A DNA stretch of 64,000 bases. Origin: Chthoniobacterales bacterium. Its GTDB lineage: Bacteria; Verrucomicrobiota; Verrucomicrobiia; Chthoniobacterales; Chthoniobacteraceae. The notes below the pieces were generated by a model. That model was not told the DNA's origin and made no database searches. It saw only the letters and a list, made by a program, of their open reading frames with translations. The stretch covers positions 64,001 to 128,000 of the forward strand of contig JBBQZX010000001.1 of assembly GCA_038207335.1 (NCBI GenBank), written 5' to 3'. The translations under genes and the position numbers were made by a program. Positions 50,517 through 61,441 of the stretch are shown here, one piece after another (within the stretch, counting starts at the first letter, position 1; every line of letters starts with the position of its first letter).

Positions 50517-53500
50517 ATGAACACCAAAGTCCCCACCTCCAAGCCTCGCTCCGTGGCGCGCGTCGTCAGGCTCGCTGCCGCAGTCGCGCTCGTGGTGGGC
50601 GCGGACGCGAGCGCGGCGACGGCTGTCTGGAATAACATTGGCACCGATTTCAATACTGGCACCAACTGGGCAGGGGGCACGGGACTGGATGGAATCCCCG
50701 GCACCGGAGACAACGCGACTTTCAATGCTGCGACGCCTACTTTTCAGCCGGAGTTGAGTGCCTCGCTGACCATCCAAGGGCTGACCTATTCGACGAGCGG
50801 CTGGCTGCTCTCGAGCGCAAATGGGTCGCTGCTTTCGCTGACAAACGTGGGCACTCTCGTGGCGAGCGCGATCAACGCGACGAACGCCACGGGCACGGAT
50901 ACAATCAGCGCCGGGTTGGTATTGGCCGGGGCCGCGGCGAGCACCGCGACCTTTACGCAGGCGCGCGGTGGGACGCTCGTGCTGTCCGGGCCGATCACGA
51001 GCACGAATGTCATCACGGGACTGTCACTTTCAGGAGCGGGTGCGGGTAGCTCGACGTTCACACTTTCCGGCAGCAACAGCTACTCGGGCAACACGACGAT
51101 CGGCGCGGCGAATATCGTGGTGAATGTCAACTCGACGACGGCACTGAGCTCCGGTGCGCTGGCGGCGAACAATAGCGTCACTCTGGACAACACGAGCGCG
51201 ACCGCGGCGCTCGTGCTTTCCAATAACAACAACATCAATCTGAGTGGCGGGAGCCTGACCTACACAGGGACGGCTGGGAACAGCCTGAGCTTCGGGACCG
51301 GCGTGGTGACGGCGAGCGTCTTAAATCGCTCAATCACCGTGAATGGCGGCACACTGACGATCGGCTCGCTGAACACGGACACAATAGCGCGCACGATCCT
51401 CAAGGGCGGGGTGAACGGCACACTTGTAATCACAGGCGCTGCTGGCAGCAACTTCCAGGGGGGCTACACCACCGGTTCGGGCACGACCTTGATCGGCGAC
51501 AAGGCATCGCTCGGGACGGGCGCGATTTCGTTCGGCGGCTCAGCGCTGCAGGCATCGACGCCGCTGACTGGCTCGGCGAACAAGCTGGCTAATGTGATCT
51601 CGCTGACTGGCACTGGGACGGTGAGCGGGAACAACAGCATCGAGTTCGGCGGAAAGCTCACGGGCATCGCCGGCGGCAGTCGCACCCTCACGAGCAGCAT
51701 CATCGGGGGGACGCTCACCTTGAATGACGTGGACCTGAACAGCGACGCCGGGACCGTACGGACGCTGACGATCAACGGGGCGGGTAGCACGAACATCAAC
51801 GGGCTGATCTCCAGCGGGCCGGGGCTGGCCACGCACTCGCTCATCCTGACCAGTACGGCGGGCGTGACGACATTCAACAACGCCGGCAGCACCTTCAGCG
51901 GCGGTGTGAATATCAACAACGCGGGCTCCACGCTCGCATTTGGCGCGGATTCCACGCCTTCCGCCTCGGGCAGCACGGTCACCAGCGGGCCGATCGGCAC
52001 CGGTGCCCTCACGATAGGAAATGCGGGCACTTTAACCGCCGCAAATGGCGCGCGCACGATCGCGAACACCATCCTTTTCAACAACGTCTCGGGGACGATT
52101 GGCGGGAGCAACAATCTGACGCTGAACGGCGCGGTGACGTGGGGCGGCTCCAATACCATCACCTTCACGAATCAGGGACTCACCACCTTTGGCGGGCCTG
52201 GCTTCACGCTGCGCAATGGCACGGGCACCTCACCACAGGCGCAGCGTACGCTCACGCTCGCAGGGGCGGGCACGTCCGTCTTCGCCACACCCCTCGTCAA
52301 TGGCTTCACGGTCAATGGCATCGTCACCCTGGCCGGCACGGGCCTCACCACCTTCTCCGGCGACAACTCCTACTCCGGCCTCACCAGCGTGAACGCGGGC
52401 ACGCTGCGGCTCGGGAGCCCGACCGCGCTCGGCTTCGGCGGAGTCAGCGTCGTAGCGGGCACTACAAATATCGCCAGCGGCGCGACCATCGACCTGAATG
52501 GCCAGGCGAGCGTCAACGAGAGGATCACCCTCAACGGTACCGGCGTGAACGCGAACGGCAACCTCATCAGCGACAACACCGGGGCCGTCGCGAGCGTCGG
52601 GAGCGGAGTCTCCGCACTGGCCGTGACCACGAGCGGCGCGGGATACTCCACGGCACCGCTCGTCACGATCACCGGCGCGGGCGCGGGCGCGACGGCGGTC
52701 GCGACCTTGGGGTTGACGCCGGAGAGTTTCACCTTGAATCCTGGCGACAAGGTGTATTCCACGGCTCCGACCGTGACCATCACCGGGGGTGGAGGGCAGG
52801 GGGCCTTTGCTACCGCGGTCCTCAGCGGCGGCACGGTCGTCGGACTGACGATCACCACCGACGCCCGCGGCACCGCCTACACGAGCGCCCCGACGATCAC
52901 CTTCTCCGGCGGCACAGCCACCAGCGGCACCGTCGATCCCACTGGCACCGGCAACGCCTCGAACTTCACCGTCACCGCCCTCCAAATCACCGCCCCCGGC
53001 ACCGGCTACACCGGCACCCCCACCGTCTCCTTTGACTCCGGCGCCGCAGCGGCCACCGCCATCGCCAGCGGCCTCCTTCTCAACGGCACCAGCGACAACT
53101 CCATCGGCGGCGCGGGCGACATCCTCGTCAGCGGCACCATCAACGGCGGCGCCCTGAACCCCCTCACCAAAGTCGGCCCCGGCACCCTCACCATCGCCGG
53201 CAACGCCCCCTACCTCGGCGCGACCAACGTCAACACCGGCACCCTCCGCGTCAACGGCACCCTCGGCACCAGCCTCGTCAGCGTCGCCAGCGGCGCCACC
53301 CTTTCAGGCACCGGTAGCGTTGCTTCTGTGAACATCGCGCCCTTAGCCTTCCTCCAGGGCGGCGATGGACTCACCCCCTCCGGCGCGCTCTCCTCCGGTG
53401 GGATTGTCAGCCTCAGCGACGGCGCAGTCATCAGGCTCACCCTCGGCACCGGCGACACCCACTCCAGCCTCAGCCGCACCGGCGGCACGTGGGGCTTCGA

Positions 53501-53765
53501 CCCCACCGCGCAGGCCTTCCTCTTCAACTCCGGCGCACAGCCCGGCAACTACCTCGGCATCATCACCGGCCTCACCGGCAGCGAGACCGGCCTCGACGAC
53601 ATCGGGAACTGGACCCTCAACGCCCAATACGCTGGCAGCGTCTTCGTTTACGACGGCGCTGGCAGCGTCAATCTCTTCCTCATCCCCGAGCCCGGCGCCG
53701 CCCTCTCCCTTCTCAGCGGCATCGGCATGCTTCTCGCCCTCCGCCCCCGCCGCCGGGACTCCTGA
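50517..53765 (+). CDS. PEP-CTERM surface protein with autotransporter-associated beta-strand repeats
   Basis: Signal peptide; repeats such as TLSGSNSYSGNTTI and LTKVGPGTLTIAG; C-terminal IPEP + TM + RPRRR. Confidence 0.9.
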   Translation: MNTKVPTSKPRSVARVVRLAAAVALVVGADASAATAVWNNIGTDFNTGTNWAGGTGLDGIPGTGDNATFNAATPTFQPELSASLTIQGLTYSTSGWLLSSANGSLLSLTNVGTLVASAINATNATGTDTISAGLVLAGAAASTATFTQARGGTLVLSGPITSTNVITGLSLSGAGAGSSTFTLSGSNSYSGNTTIGAANIVVNVNSTTALSSGALAANNSVTLDNTSATAALVLSNNNNINLSGGSLTYTGTAGNSLSFGTGVVTASVLNRSITVNGGTLTIGSLNTDTIARTILKGGVNGTLVITGAAGSNFQGGYTTGSGTTLIGDKASLGTGAISFGGSALQASTPLTGSANKLANVISLTGTGTVSGNNSIEFGGKLTGIAGGSRTLTSSIIGGTLTLNDVDLNSDAGTVRTLTINGAGSTNINGLISSGPGLATHSLILTSTAGVTTFNNAGSTFSGGVNINNAGSTLAFGADSTPSASGSTVTSGPIGTGALTIGNAGTLTAANGARTIANTILFNNVSGTIGGSNNLTLNGAVTWGGSNTITFTNQGLTTFGGPGFTLRNGTGTSPQAQRTLTLAGAGTSVFATPLVNGFTVNGIVTLAGTGLTTFSGDNSYSGLTSVNAGTLRLGSPTALGFGGVSVVAGTTNIASGATIDLNGQASVNERITLNGTGVNANGNLISDNTGAVASVGSGVSALAVTTSGAGYSTAPLVTITGAGAGATAVATLGLTPESFTLNPGDKVYSTAPTVTITGGGGQGAFATAVLSGGTVVGLTITTDARGTAYTSAPTITFSGGTATSGTVDPTGTGNASNFTVTALQITAPGTGYTGTPTVSFDSGAAAATAIASGLLLNGTSDNSIGGAGDILVSGTINGGALNPLTKVGPGTLTIAGNAPYLGATNVNTGTLRVNGTLGTSLVSVASGATLSGTGSVASVNIAPLAFLQGGDGLTPSGALSSGGIVSLSDGAVIRLTLGTGDTHSSLSRTGGTWGFDPTAQAFLFNSGAQPGNYLGIITGLTGSETGLDDIGNWTLNAQYAGSVFVYDGAGSVNLFLIPEPGAALSLLSGIGMLLALRPRRRDS

Positions 53766-53887
53766 GTCCGTCGAGGCCGGCTGGATCGCCGACTAGCTGA
53801 TCAGGCCGGAGAGGATAACCCGAATGGCAGTGGGTCGCGGCTCTTGCTATGCCGCCCACTTTCGCCACGCTCTGCGGGAGAGTGAAC

Positions 53888-54889
53888 ATGCCCGACCACG
53901 ACACCTCCGTACCGAAGCCCCGCCGCATCGACCTCCACGTCCACATGGTCGCGAATGAAGGCGGCGGCAGCGGTGCATGGCTCCGGCTCGGCTCGGCGTG
54001 GCACCGGTGGCTGGCGGGCTTCATGTTGAAACAGCTCGGCATCCCGTCGGCCGCGCTGAAAGGCGACCTCGATACCGCCTACGCGGAGCATCTCCTGCGA
54101 CAAGTGCGCACGGCGGAGTCGCTCGATGCGGTCGTCTTGCTCGCCCACGAGCAGGTCTATGACGCCGACGGCACCCTGCGGCGCGACCTCGGCACCATGT
54201 TCGTGCCAAACGACATCGTCCTCGACCTCGCCCGCAAGCACCCCGAGTTCCTGGCGGGCGTCAGCATCCACCCCGCGCGCCGGGACGCCATTCAGGAACT
54301 CGAGCGCTGTGCCGACGCCGGCGCCGTCCTCATGAAATGCCTCCCCAACTGCCAGAACATCGACTGCTCCGACCCCCGCTACCGTCCCTTCTGGGAGAAA
54401 ATGGCAGCCCTCGGCCTTCCCCTGCTGGCCCACACCGGCGGCGAGCACACCGTCCAGATCGTCCGGCAGGAATATGCCGACCCGCGCCGGCTCCGGCTCC
54501 CCCTGGAGTGCGGCGTCACCGTCATCGCCGCCCATTGCGCCACCAAAAGCGGCCTCCTCGACCGCGACCATTTTGAAGATTGGGCCGCCATGCTCCCCGA
54601 GTTCCCCCGCCTCTTCGGCGACATCTCCGCCCTCGTCTCCCTGAACCGCAGCGGCCACCTCCGCGACTGCCTCCGCCCCGAAATCGCCCCGCGCATCCTC
54701 CACGGCAGCGACTTCCCCGTCCCCGTCCTCGGCCACCGCCTCTGGCTCCAGCGCTGGATCGACACCCCCACCTTCCGCCGCTGCCGCGCCATCGAAAACC
54801 CCCTCGAACGCGACTGGCAGTACAAATCCGCCCTAGGCTTCCCCCCCGAAACCCTCACCCGAGCCGCCACCCTCCTGCGCCCCGCCTGA
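53888..54889 (+). CDS. Amidohydrolase family (Amidohydro_2) metalloenzyme
   Basis: IDLHVH, SIHP, LLAHTG, IAAH, HGSDFP. Confidence 0.85.
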   Translation: MPDHDTSVPKPRRIDLHVHMVANEGGGSGAWLRLGSAWHRWLAGFMLKQLGIPSAALKGDLDTAYAEHLLRQVRTAESLDAVVLLAHEQVYDADGTLRRDLGTMFVPNDIVLDLARKHPEFLAGVSIHPARRDAIQELERCADAGAVLMKCLPNCQNIDCSDPRYRPFWEKMAALGLPLLAHTGGEHTVQIVRQEYADPRRLRLPLECGVTVIAAHCATKSGLLDRDHFEDWAAMLPEFPRLFGDISALVSLNRSGHLRDCLRPEIAPRILHGSDFPVPVLGHRLWLQRWIDTPTFRRCRAIENPLERDWQYKSALGFPPETLTRAATLLRPA

Positions 54890-55018
54890 CCCCGGCACCT
54901 CGCAAAAGCGAGCCGTGCGGGGAGCTGGCCGCGTCGGCGCGGGCATCGCGGGTTGCAACTTCGCCCTCCGCGGTCATGCTGTGTGCATTCGTGGATTTCC
55001 CCCCCGCGTTCCCTCCCC

Positions 55019-58000
55019 ATGCGACGTTTCCTCACGCTCCTTTCTGTTCTCGCCTGCCTGCTCGCCCCGCTCCGCGCGGAGCAGGTCATCTTCAGCGAAA
55101 TCATGTACCATCCGCCGGGTGTGAAGCCGGAATACGTCGAGGTCTGGAATATCACCAATACCCCGCTCGACTTCGCGAAGTGGCAGTTCACGGACGGCGT
55201 GAGCTTTACCTTCCCGGACTTCAATGCGGGCAACGCGCAGGATGCTTTTCTGCGGCCGATGGAGCGAATCGTGGTCAGTTCCGCCGACCCGACGACGACC
55301 CGCGCGGCGTATGGCATCTCGCCCGCCGTGCGCGTCTATGGGCCGTGGACCGGCAGCCTCGACAATGCCGGCGAACGCGTGACGCTGAGCGACAAGAACG
55401 GCGTCGGCGTCTGCTCGGTGAAATACAGCAACGGCGGTCGCTGGCCGAAGGCGGCGGACGGCGCGGGGCATTCGCTCGTGCTCCGCAATGAGAACAACCC
55501 GATCGATTCCTTTCACAACTGGCGGCAGAGCCTCGCGATCAACGGCACTCCGGGCGGCGCGGAATTCACCATCACCGAAGCTTTCCCAAACCCCGAAGTC
55601 GCGTCGGGCGCGCTGGCCACGATCCTCGACTACGGCGCGACGTGGAAATACCTCACGCCTGCGAGCGATCCCGGCACGACGTGGCGCAACCTCGGCTTCG
55701 ACGAGTCCCTGTGGCTCAGCGGGCCGGGTCTCCTGGGCTTTGAAAATGCCGCGCTGCCTGCGCCCGGATTGCAGACGACATTCGGCGCGCCGGGGCCGAT
55801 CACTTATCTCTTCCGGAAGACGTTTAACTTCAGCGGCAACACGAACGGCGCATCCGTAATCATCGACCAGATCATCGACGACGGCGTGGCCTATTATCTC
55901 AACGGGACTCCGCTCGGCTCCGTGGGCTACACCCCCGGCGGGCAATGGAATGTGGGCGCCAGCCGAACGGTAGGCGATGCGACGGAGGAGTTGAATGTCA
56001 TCAACGTCCCGGCGTCCGCCTTGGTGAATGGAGCGAACGTGCTCAGCGCGGAAGTGCATCAGGTCAGCAGCGGGAGTTCCGACATGGTCTTCGGTGCGCG
56101 GCTGAAAGTGAGTGCGCCCGCGTCGGTGGTCATCAATGAGGTGAAGCCGGGCGCAGTCGGTCAGGGGTTCGTCGAGTTTTTCAATACCACTGCGTCGCCG
56201 ATCGATCTCAATGGCTACTACCTGTCCGACGACTCGGCGATCCCGACGAAGTTTCGCATCGCCTCCAGCCTAGTCGTCGCCGCGAATAGCTTCGCCACCA
56301 TCGGCTTTGCGGAGTCCAGCCTCGCCGTCGCCGCCACGACGAAAGTCTATCTCACCGCGCCGAATGGCGTCACCACGGTCAATGCGATCAGCGCCGCCAT
56401 GCCGATCGACGGGCGCGCTCTCGGGCGCGATCCGTCGGGCTCCTCGTCGTGGTTCCTCTTCACCACGCCCACGCTAGGCGCGCCGAATATGAGCGTCACT
56501 TCGGAGAGCCTCAGCCTGCGACTGAGCGAGGTGCATTTCGACGCGAGTGGGAACATCGACTGGATCGAGATCGAAAACCGCAGCACCGCGCTGCAATCCG
56601 TCTCCGGCCTGTCGGTGGCCACGGCGGACGATCTTTCAAACAAGATCGCGCTGAACGGCAGCGTGCCGGGCTCGGGATTTGCCAGCTTCGATGTGAGCTT
56701 TCTCGTGGGCGGCAGTGGAAAGGTGAACGTCTATCTCGTCGATGCGCAGGGCAATGCCGCCGGAGCCGCCGAACTCCAGCGCGTGAGTGGCCGCCCGTCC
56801 ATTCAGGCCGTCTATCCGAAAATCCCGGCCGTGCTGCCGAGCTACGAGACGCCGAAGCGCGCCGCCGAGTGGTTTTCCTCGCCGACGGACACCCGCGACG
56901 CGGCCAATAACCCGCCGGTCACCACCAGCATCGTGATCAACGAAATCATGTGCGACCCGCCCTCGGGGCAGGACAACGGCGAATTCTTCGAGCTCTACAA
57001 TCGCGGCGGCGCGCTGGTGAATCTCACCGGTTGGAAAGTGCGCGGCGGCATCGATCTCGACTTCCCCGACGGCACGACCATCCCCGTCGGCGGCTATCTC
57101 GTCGTCGCTGGGGACAAGGCATTCCTCCAGGCGAACTATCCCGGCGCAACCGTCGTCGGCAACTGGTCCGGCAGCCTCGGCAACAACGGCGACTTGATCC
57201 GCATCACCGATGAATATGGCAATCTCGCCGACGAGGTGGATTACAAAGTCGGGGGCGACTGGCCTGTGCTCGCGGGCGGGCTCGGGAGCAGTCTCGAGCT
57301 GATCCACCCTGACATGGATAACAGCCGCGCGTCGGCCTGGCGGGACAGCGACGAGTCGAACAAGACGAGCTTCACGACCTTTACCACCAGCGGCATTTTT
57401 CAGCAGCTCACCACCCTCGGCGCCGTGACCGATTACAAAGAGCTGCACCTCTTTCTTGTTGGCGACGCGCATTGCATCGTGCGCAATGTCACGCTCAAGG
57501 CCAACGGCAACGGAGCGAACATCATCACCAACGGCACCGTCCACGCGACCGACGGATCGAGCGCCACGGGCTGGCTCATGCAAGGCACGCACTGGGCCAG
57601 CTACATCGACAACGGGGACATCCATCTCATCGCCGATGGCCACGGCGACAACCGCCCAAACCGCGCTGAGATCGACGCCACCGCGCTCGTGCAAGGCACC
57701 AATTACACCCTGCAATTCGAGGCGCGCTGGGTCTCGGGAAAGCCCCGGCTCATCGCGCAAACGTGGGATCACAGCATTGGCAAACCTTTCCTCCTCCCCG
57801 TCCCGAACAATCTCGGCACGGCGGGCGCGGCCAACTCCGCGGCCACCGCCACGCCGCCGCCGCAGGTCGATTCCATCTTGCACAACCCGCCGGTGCCCAA
57901 GCCGGCCAACGCCGTCACCGTCACCGCCCGCGTCTTTTCCGCCACGCCGCTCACCTCCGTGCAGGTCTTCCATCGTGCCTCGGATGCGGCTGTGACAGGT

Positions 58001-61000
58001 CCGAACGGATTCGTGGCCGCGCCGATGTTTGACAATGGCACCAACGGCGACGCTGTGGCGGGCGATGGGCTCTACACCGCGACCATCACCAGCCATCAGG
58101 TGAATGGACGCATCGTGCAGTTCTATGTGCGCGCCACCGCGACAGGCGGCGGCATCGGCGAGCTGCCGAAAGAGCCCACGACTTACCCCGCCATGTGGGT
58201 CGTGGACAACCGCACCCTCGACGCGCGCCTCCGCCAGCAGCGCTTCGTCATCGGCCTCTACGAGCGCGACTCCATGGACACCAACAGCGGCCAAAGCACC
58301 AAGTTCCAATACGACTTCCCGCGCCTCTCCAATCACTACCAACGCTGCACCTTCATCCACAACGAAACCGACGTTTATTACAACGCCGAGATACGCAAAA
58401 GCGGCAGCCCTTGGACACGCGCGGATGGCAACGGGCTCGACCGCGGCAAATGGAAAGTGCCTCCCGACCGGGCATTCCGCGGGCGCGACAAATCCACCTT
58501 TGACAACGACGCCGAGAACGGCGCCCGCCATCACAATCGGCTCGTCCGCTACTGGCTCTACGTCCTCGGCCATCCGGCGAATGAAAACGAGTACGTCTAT
58601 AACGTCATCAATACCGACGGGCTGTTCATCCGCGAGGATACCGAGCCTGTGGACGGAGAGCTCGTCTCTCGCGCCTTCCCCAATGGTAGCCAGGGCCAGC
58701 TCATGCGCAGCGACGACGAGTGGTGGTTCCAGGACGACTGGAACCGCAGCAATCGCAACGCCGACTGGAGCTACAAGAACACCGACGAGTCCATCCGCTA
58801 CCACACGGAATGGATCACCCGTTCCCGCGAGACGGAGCAGGATTACAGTTCGCTGATCGAGTTCTTCAAGACCGTCTCGAATGGCTCCTCGACCGAGGAG
58901 CAGCTCAACCGCGTGCTCGATCCCAAGCTCACGCTCATGATGGCGGCGGTGCGCGGCTATGCGTACGACTGGGACTCGCTCACCATCAGCCGCGGGAAGA
59001 ACGGCTTTTTCTACCGCAAGCCCACGGATGGACGCTGGATGTTCCTGCACTGGGACAGCGACCTTGCCTTTCAAGATGCAAACAACGTGGTAGTCGGCGG
59101 GCTCGCCGGCTGGGGCACCTACATCGGCAAGCCGTGGGCGCGGCGGACCTTCAACTACTACCTGACCGAGATGTTGAAGCTCACGACCGGCACGAACGCC
59201 GCGCGCACGCAGGCGTTCTTCGACGCGGAGGAGGCATCAAGCACCGCCTACACCGTGGCGACCTCGTTTTATCAGACCTTCTTCAGCGCCCGGCAGTCGG
59301 TGATCGAGACGGAGATCAACAAAACAATCGGCACCGGCGGCACGGGCAACGCCTTCACTACGACGTTCACAGCGCCAGCCGGCGGCACGACCTCCTCGGC
59401 CACCGCGACGATCACCGGCACCGCGCCGTCGTCAGCCTTCACCATCGTGGTCGTCGGGCATCCCGAGATCACCGTCACGTGGCTCAACCAGACCACCTGG
59501 CGCATCGACGGGCTCGTGCTTGCCTCCGGGCTCAACACTTTCACGCTCCAAATGATCGACGCCGCGGGCAACGTGATCGGCACCACCACCTACTCGGTCA
59601 CCAAGACGGGCAATGCCCTGCCCGTGATGACGCTCGCCATCGGCGCAGCCGCGCAAAATGTCGCGCTCGGAGTCCCGGTCACGCTCGATGCCGCCGGCAG
59701 CTTCGACCCCGACGGCGGCGCGCTCGGCTTTGGCTGGTCGAATACACCGACGAGCGGCGTCGCCGTGTCGCATCCCGTTCCTTCCGGCACGACCGCGGTC
59801 TTCAGCACGCCCGGTGTTTACAACTTTACCGTCACGGGCACCGATCCGGCCGCGGGAGTCAGCCAGTTCACGCGCGAGATCACGGCATACAACCTCGCCG
59901 ACTTCTCGCCATTCAACGCGACGCCACTGGAGGGCTACTGGTCCGCGCAAAACGTCGCACCGCGCAACAGCTACTCCTCCAGCGCATGGTATTCGCTCGA
60001 AGACACGCCCAAGAGCCTCGTCGTCCAGGTGCTAGACGACACCGCAAAGCCCCTCGCTTACTCGAATCCCACGCACCCGCTGCTGCTGCGCCCCCTCCCG
60101 GCCAGCGCGGACTTCGCCCTCCAGACCGACCTCACGCTCGAGGCCCGCCGCACCGGCACCTTTCACACCGGCCTCTACGCGCAGCTCGTGGAATCCGGCA
60201 CCACGGTGCGCTACGCCTTTGGCATCGACGGCGGAAACCTCCTCACCGTGAAGCGCTCGACCGGCGGCACCTTCACCACCCTCGCGACCCCCGCCTCCAC
60301 CGGCTATCAGGCCATCCTGCGCATCCGTCGCGTCGGCAATTCGCTCCGCTTCGACCGTCGCGACGACACAGGGGCATGGGTGAATATCCACACCCTTGCC
60401 ATCGCCGCGGGCAGCACCGCGCAGCAGGGCGGCATCTTCCTCGCCACCACCACGGCGCAGAGCGTCCGCGTCGCCTTCGACTACGTGCTCCTCGCCAATC
60501 CGTCGAATATCACCGCTCTCCTCGGAAATCTCCGCATCACCGAGGTCATGTATCACCCCGAAGCGCCCGGCACCGTGGAATTCATCGAGCTGCGCAACAC
60601 CGGCGCGCAGGCCATCAACCTCAGCGGCGCGCACTTCGACGCGGGCAATCCCTTCGATCCCTACGCCTTCGGCAACGTCACGCTCAGCCCCGGCGCATTC
60701 GCCATCGTCACGAACAGCGCCTCCGCCTTCCAGACGCGCTACGGCTTCGCCGCCACCGCCCAGTGGCCCGGCGGCAGCCTCAATAACATCGGCGAGCGCA
60801 TCACCCTGCGCGACGTGAATGAAAGCATCATCCACGACTTCAGCTACGGAGTCACCGCGCCCTGGCCTGCGACCCCGCACGGCTTCGGCCCCTCTTTGGA
60901 AGTCATCGACACCAACGGCAACTACGCCGACGGGAGCAACTGGCGGCCGAGCTGGGAAATCGGCGGCTCCCCCGGCTTCATCGGCGCCGGGTCCGACACC

Positions 61001-61288
61001 GACGGCGACGGCCAGCCCGATAGCTGGGAAATCCTCTTCGGCACGAACCCGAACGACCCGGGTTCGCGCTTCAAGGCCACATCCTCCGCGAACGCCGGCG
61101 GCCAGCCGCAGGTCACCTTCCCGACCGTCTCGGGGAAGAGCTACCGCATCGACTACTCCGACGGCCTCAATCCGCCGAGCTGGCAGGTGCTCACCACCGT
61201 CTCCGGCACCGGCGCACCGGTGACCTACACCGACAGCACGACGCCGAAGCCCGGGGAGCGCTTCTACACCGTCACCCCGCTACCGTAG
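55019..61288 (+). CDS. Giant secreted lamin-tail-domain / CotH-kinase-like protein with PKD-like and Asp-rich C-terminal modules
   Basis: Signal MRRFL; LTD repeats (FSEIMYHP, INEIM, ITEVMYHP); DW....KN..FY and WDSD CotH-like motifs; DNGTNGDAVAGDGLY; DTDGDGQPD. Confidence 0.85.
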   Translation: MRRFLTLLSVLACLLAPLRAEQVIFSEIMYHPPGVKPEYVEVWNITNTPLDFAKWQFTDGVSFTFPDFNAGNAQDAFLRPMERIVVSSADPTTTRAAYGISPAVRVYGPWTGSLDNAGERVTLSDKNGVGVCSVKYSNGGRWPKAADGAGHSLVLRNENNPIDSFHNWRQSLAINGTPGGAEFTITEAFPNPEVASGALATILDYGATWKYLTPASDPGTTWRNLGFDESLWLSGPGLLGFENAALPAPGLQTTFGAPGPITYLFRKTFNFSGNTNGASVIIDQIIDDGVAYYLNGTPLGSVGYTPGGQWNVGASRTVGDATEELNVINVPASALVNGANVLSAEVHQVSSGSSDMVFGARLKVSAPASVVINEVKPGAVGQGFVEFFNTTASPIDLNGYYLSDDSAIPTKFRIASSLVVAANSFATIGFAESSLAVAATTKVYLTAPNGVTTVNAISAAMPIDGRALGRDPSGSSSWFLFTTPTLGAPNMSVTSESLSLRLSEVHFDASGNIDWIEIENRSTALQSVSGLSVATADDLSNKIALNGSVPGSGFASFDVSFLVGGSGKVNVYLVDAQGNAAGAAELQRVSGRPSIQAVYPKIPAVLPSYETPKRAAEWFSSPTDTRDAANNPPVTTSIVINEIMCDPPSGQDNGEFFELYNRGGALVNLTGWKVRGGIDLDFPDGTTIPVGGYLVVAGDKAFLQANYPGATVVGNWSGSLGNNGDLIRITDEYGNLADEVDYKVGGDWPVLAGGLGSSLELIHPDMDNSRASAWRDSDESNKTSFTTFTTSGIFQQLTTLGAVTDYKELHLFLVGDAHCIVRNVTLKANGNGANIITNGTVHATDGSSATGWLMQGTHWASYIDNGDIHLIADGHGDNRPNRAEIDATALVQGTNYTLQFEARWVSGKPRLIAQTWDHSIGKPFLLPVPNNLGTAGAANSAATATPPPQVDSILHNPPVPKPANAVTVTARVFSATPLTSVQVFHRASDAAVTGPNGFVAAPMFDNGTNGDAVAGDGLYTATITSHQVNGRIVQFYVRATATGGGIGELPKEPTTYPAMWVVDNRTLDARLRQQRFVIGLYERDSMDTNSGQSTKFQYDFPRLSNHYQRCTFIHNETDVYYNAEIRKSGSPWTRADGNGLDRGKWKVPPDRAFRGRDKSTFDNDAENGARHHNRLVRYWLYVLGHPANENEYVYNVINTDGLFIREDTEPVDGELVSRAFPNGSQGQLMRSDDEWWFQDDWNRSNRNADWSYKNTDESIRYHTEWITRSRETEQDYSSLIEFFKTVSNGSSTEEQLNRVLDPKLTLMMAAVRGYAYDWDSLTISRGKNGFFYRKPTDGRWMFLHWDSDLAFQDANNVVVGGLAGWGTYIGKPWARRTFNYYLTEMLKLTTGTNAARTQAFFDAEEASSTAYTVATSFYQTFFSARQSVIETEINKTIGTGGTGNAFTTTFTAPAGGTTSSATATITGTAPSSAFTIVVVGHPEITVTWLNQTTWRIDGLVLASGLNTFTLQMIDAAGNVIGTTTYSVTKTGNALPVMTLAIGAAAQNVALGVPVTLDAAGSFDPDGGALGFGWSNTPTSGVAVSHPVPSGTTAVFSTPGVYNFTVTGTDPAAGVSQFTREITAYNLADFSPFNATPLEGYWSAQNVAPRNSYSSSAWYSLEDTPKSLVVQVLDDTAKPLAYSNPTHPLLLRPLPASADFALQTDLTLEARRTGTFHTGLYAQLVESGTTVRYAFGIDGGNLLTVKRSTGGTFTTLATPASTGYQAILRIRRVGNSLRFDRRDDTGAWVNIHTLAIAAGSTAQQGGIFLATTTAQSVRVAFDYVLLANPSNITALLGNLRITEVMYHPEAPGTVEFIELRNTGAQAINLSGAHFDAGNPFDPYAFGNVTLSPGAFAIVTNSASAFQTRYGFAATAQWPGGSLNNIGERITLRDVNESIIHDFSYGVTAPWPATPHGFGPSLEVIDTNGNYADGSNWRPSWEIGGSPGFIGAGSDTDGDGQPDSWEILFGTNPNDPGSRFKATSSANAGGQPQVTFPTVSGKSYRIDYSDGLNPPSWQVLTTVSGTGAPVTYTDSTTPKPGERFYTVTPLP

Positions 61289-61441
61289 AGCGGTCTTAAA
61301 ATGTCGTAGCCGGTGCGCGTTGGGAAGAGCACCCACGATTCGTGGCTGGCTGCGCACCAACGGTGCGCAAACATGCCAGCCCAGTGCAACGCCCTGGGAA
61401 ACGGATATCCCCGCCACCCACACCCGTGCTGCCGAAGCCGC

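Noticed and set aside
56636..59074. Long antisense or off-frame ORFs (also 35281-37194, 58720-60786, 7638-8762)
   Set aside because: Shadow frames of real high-GC genes with no recognisable motifs
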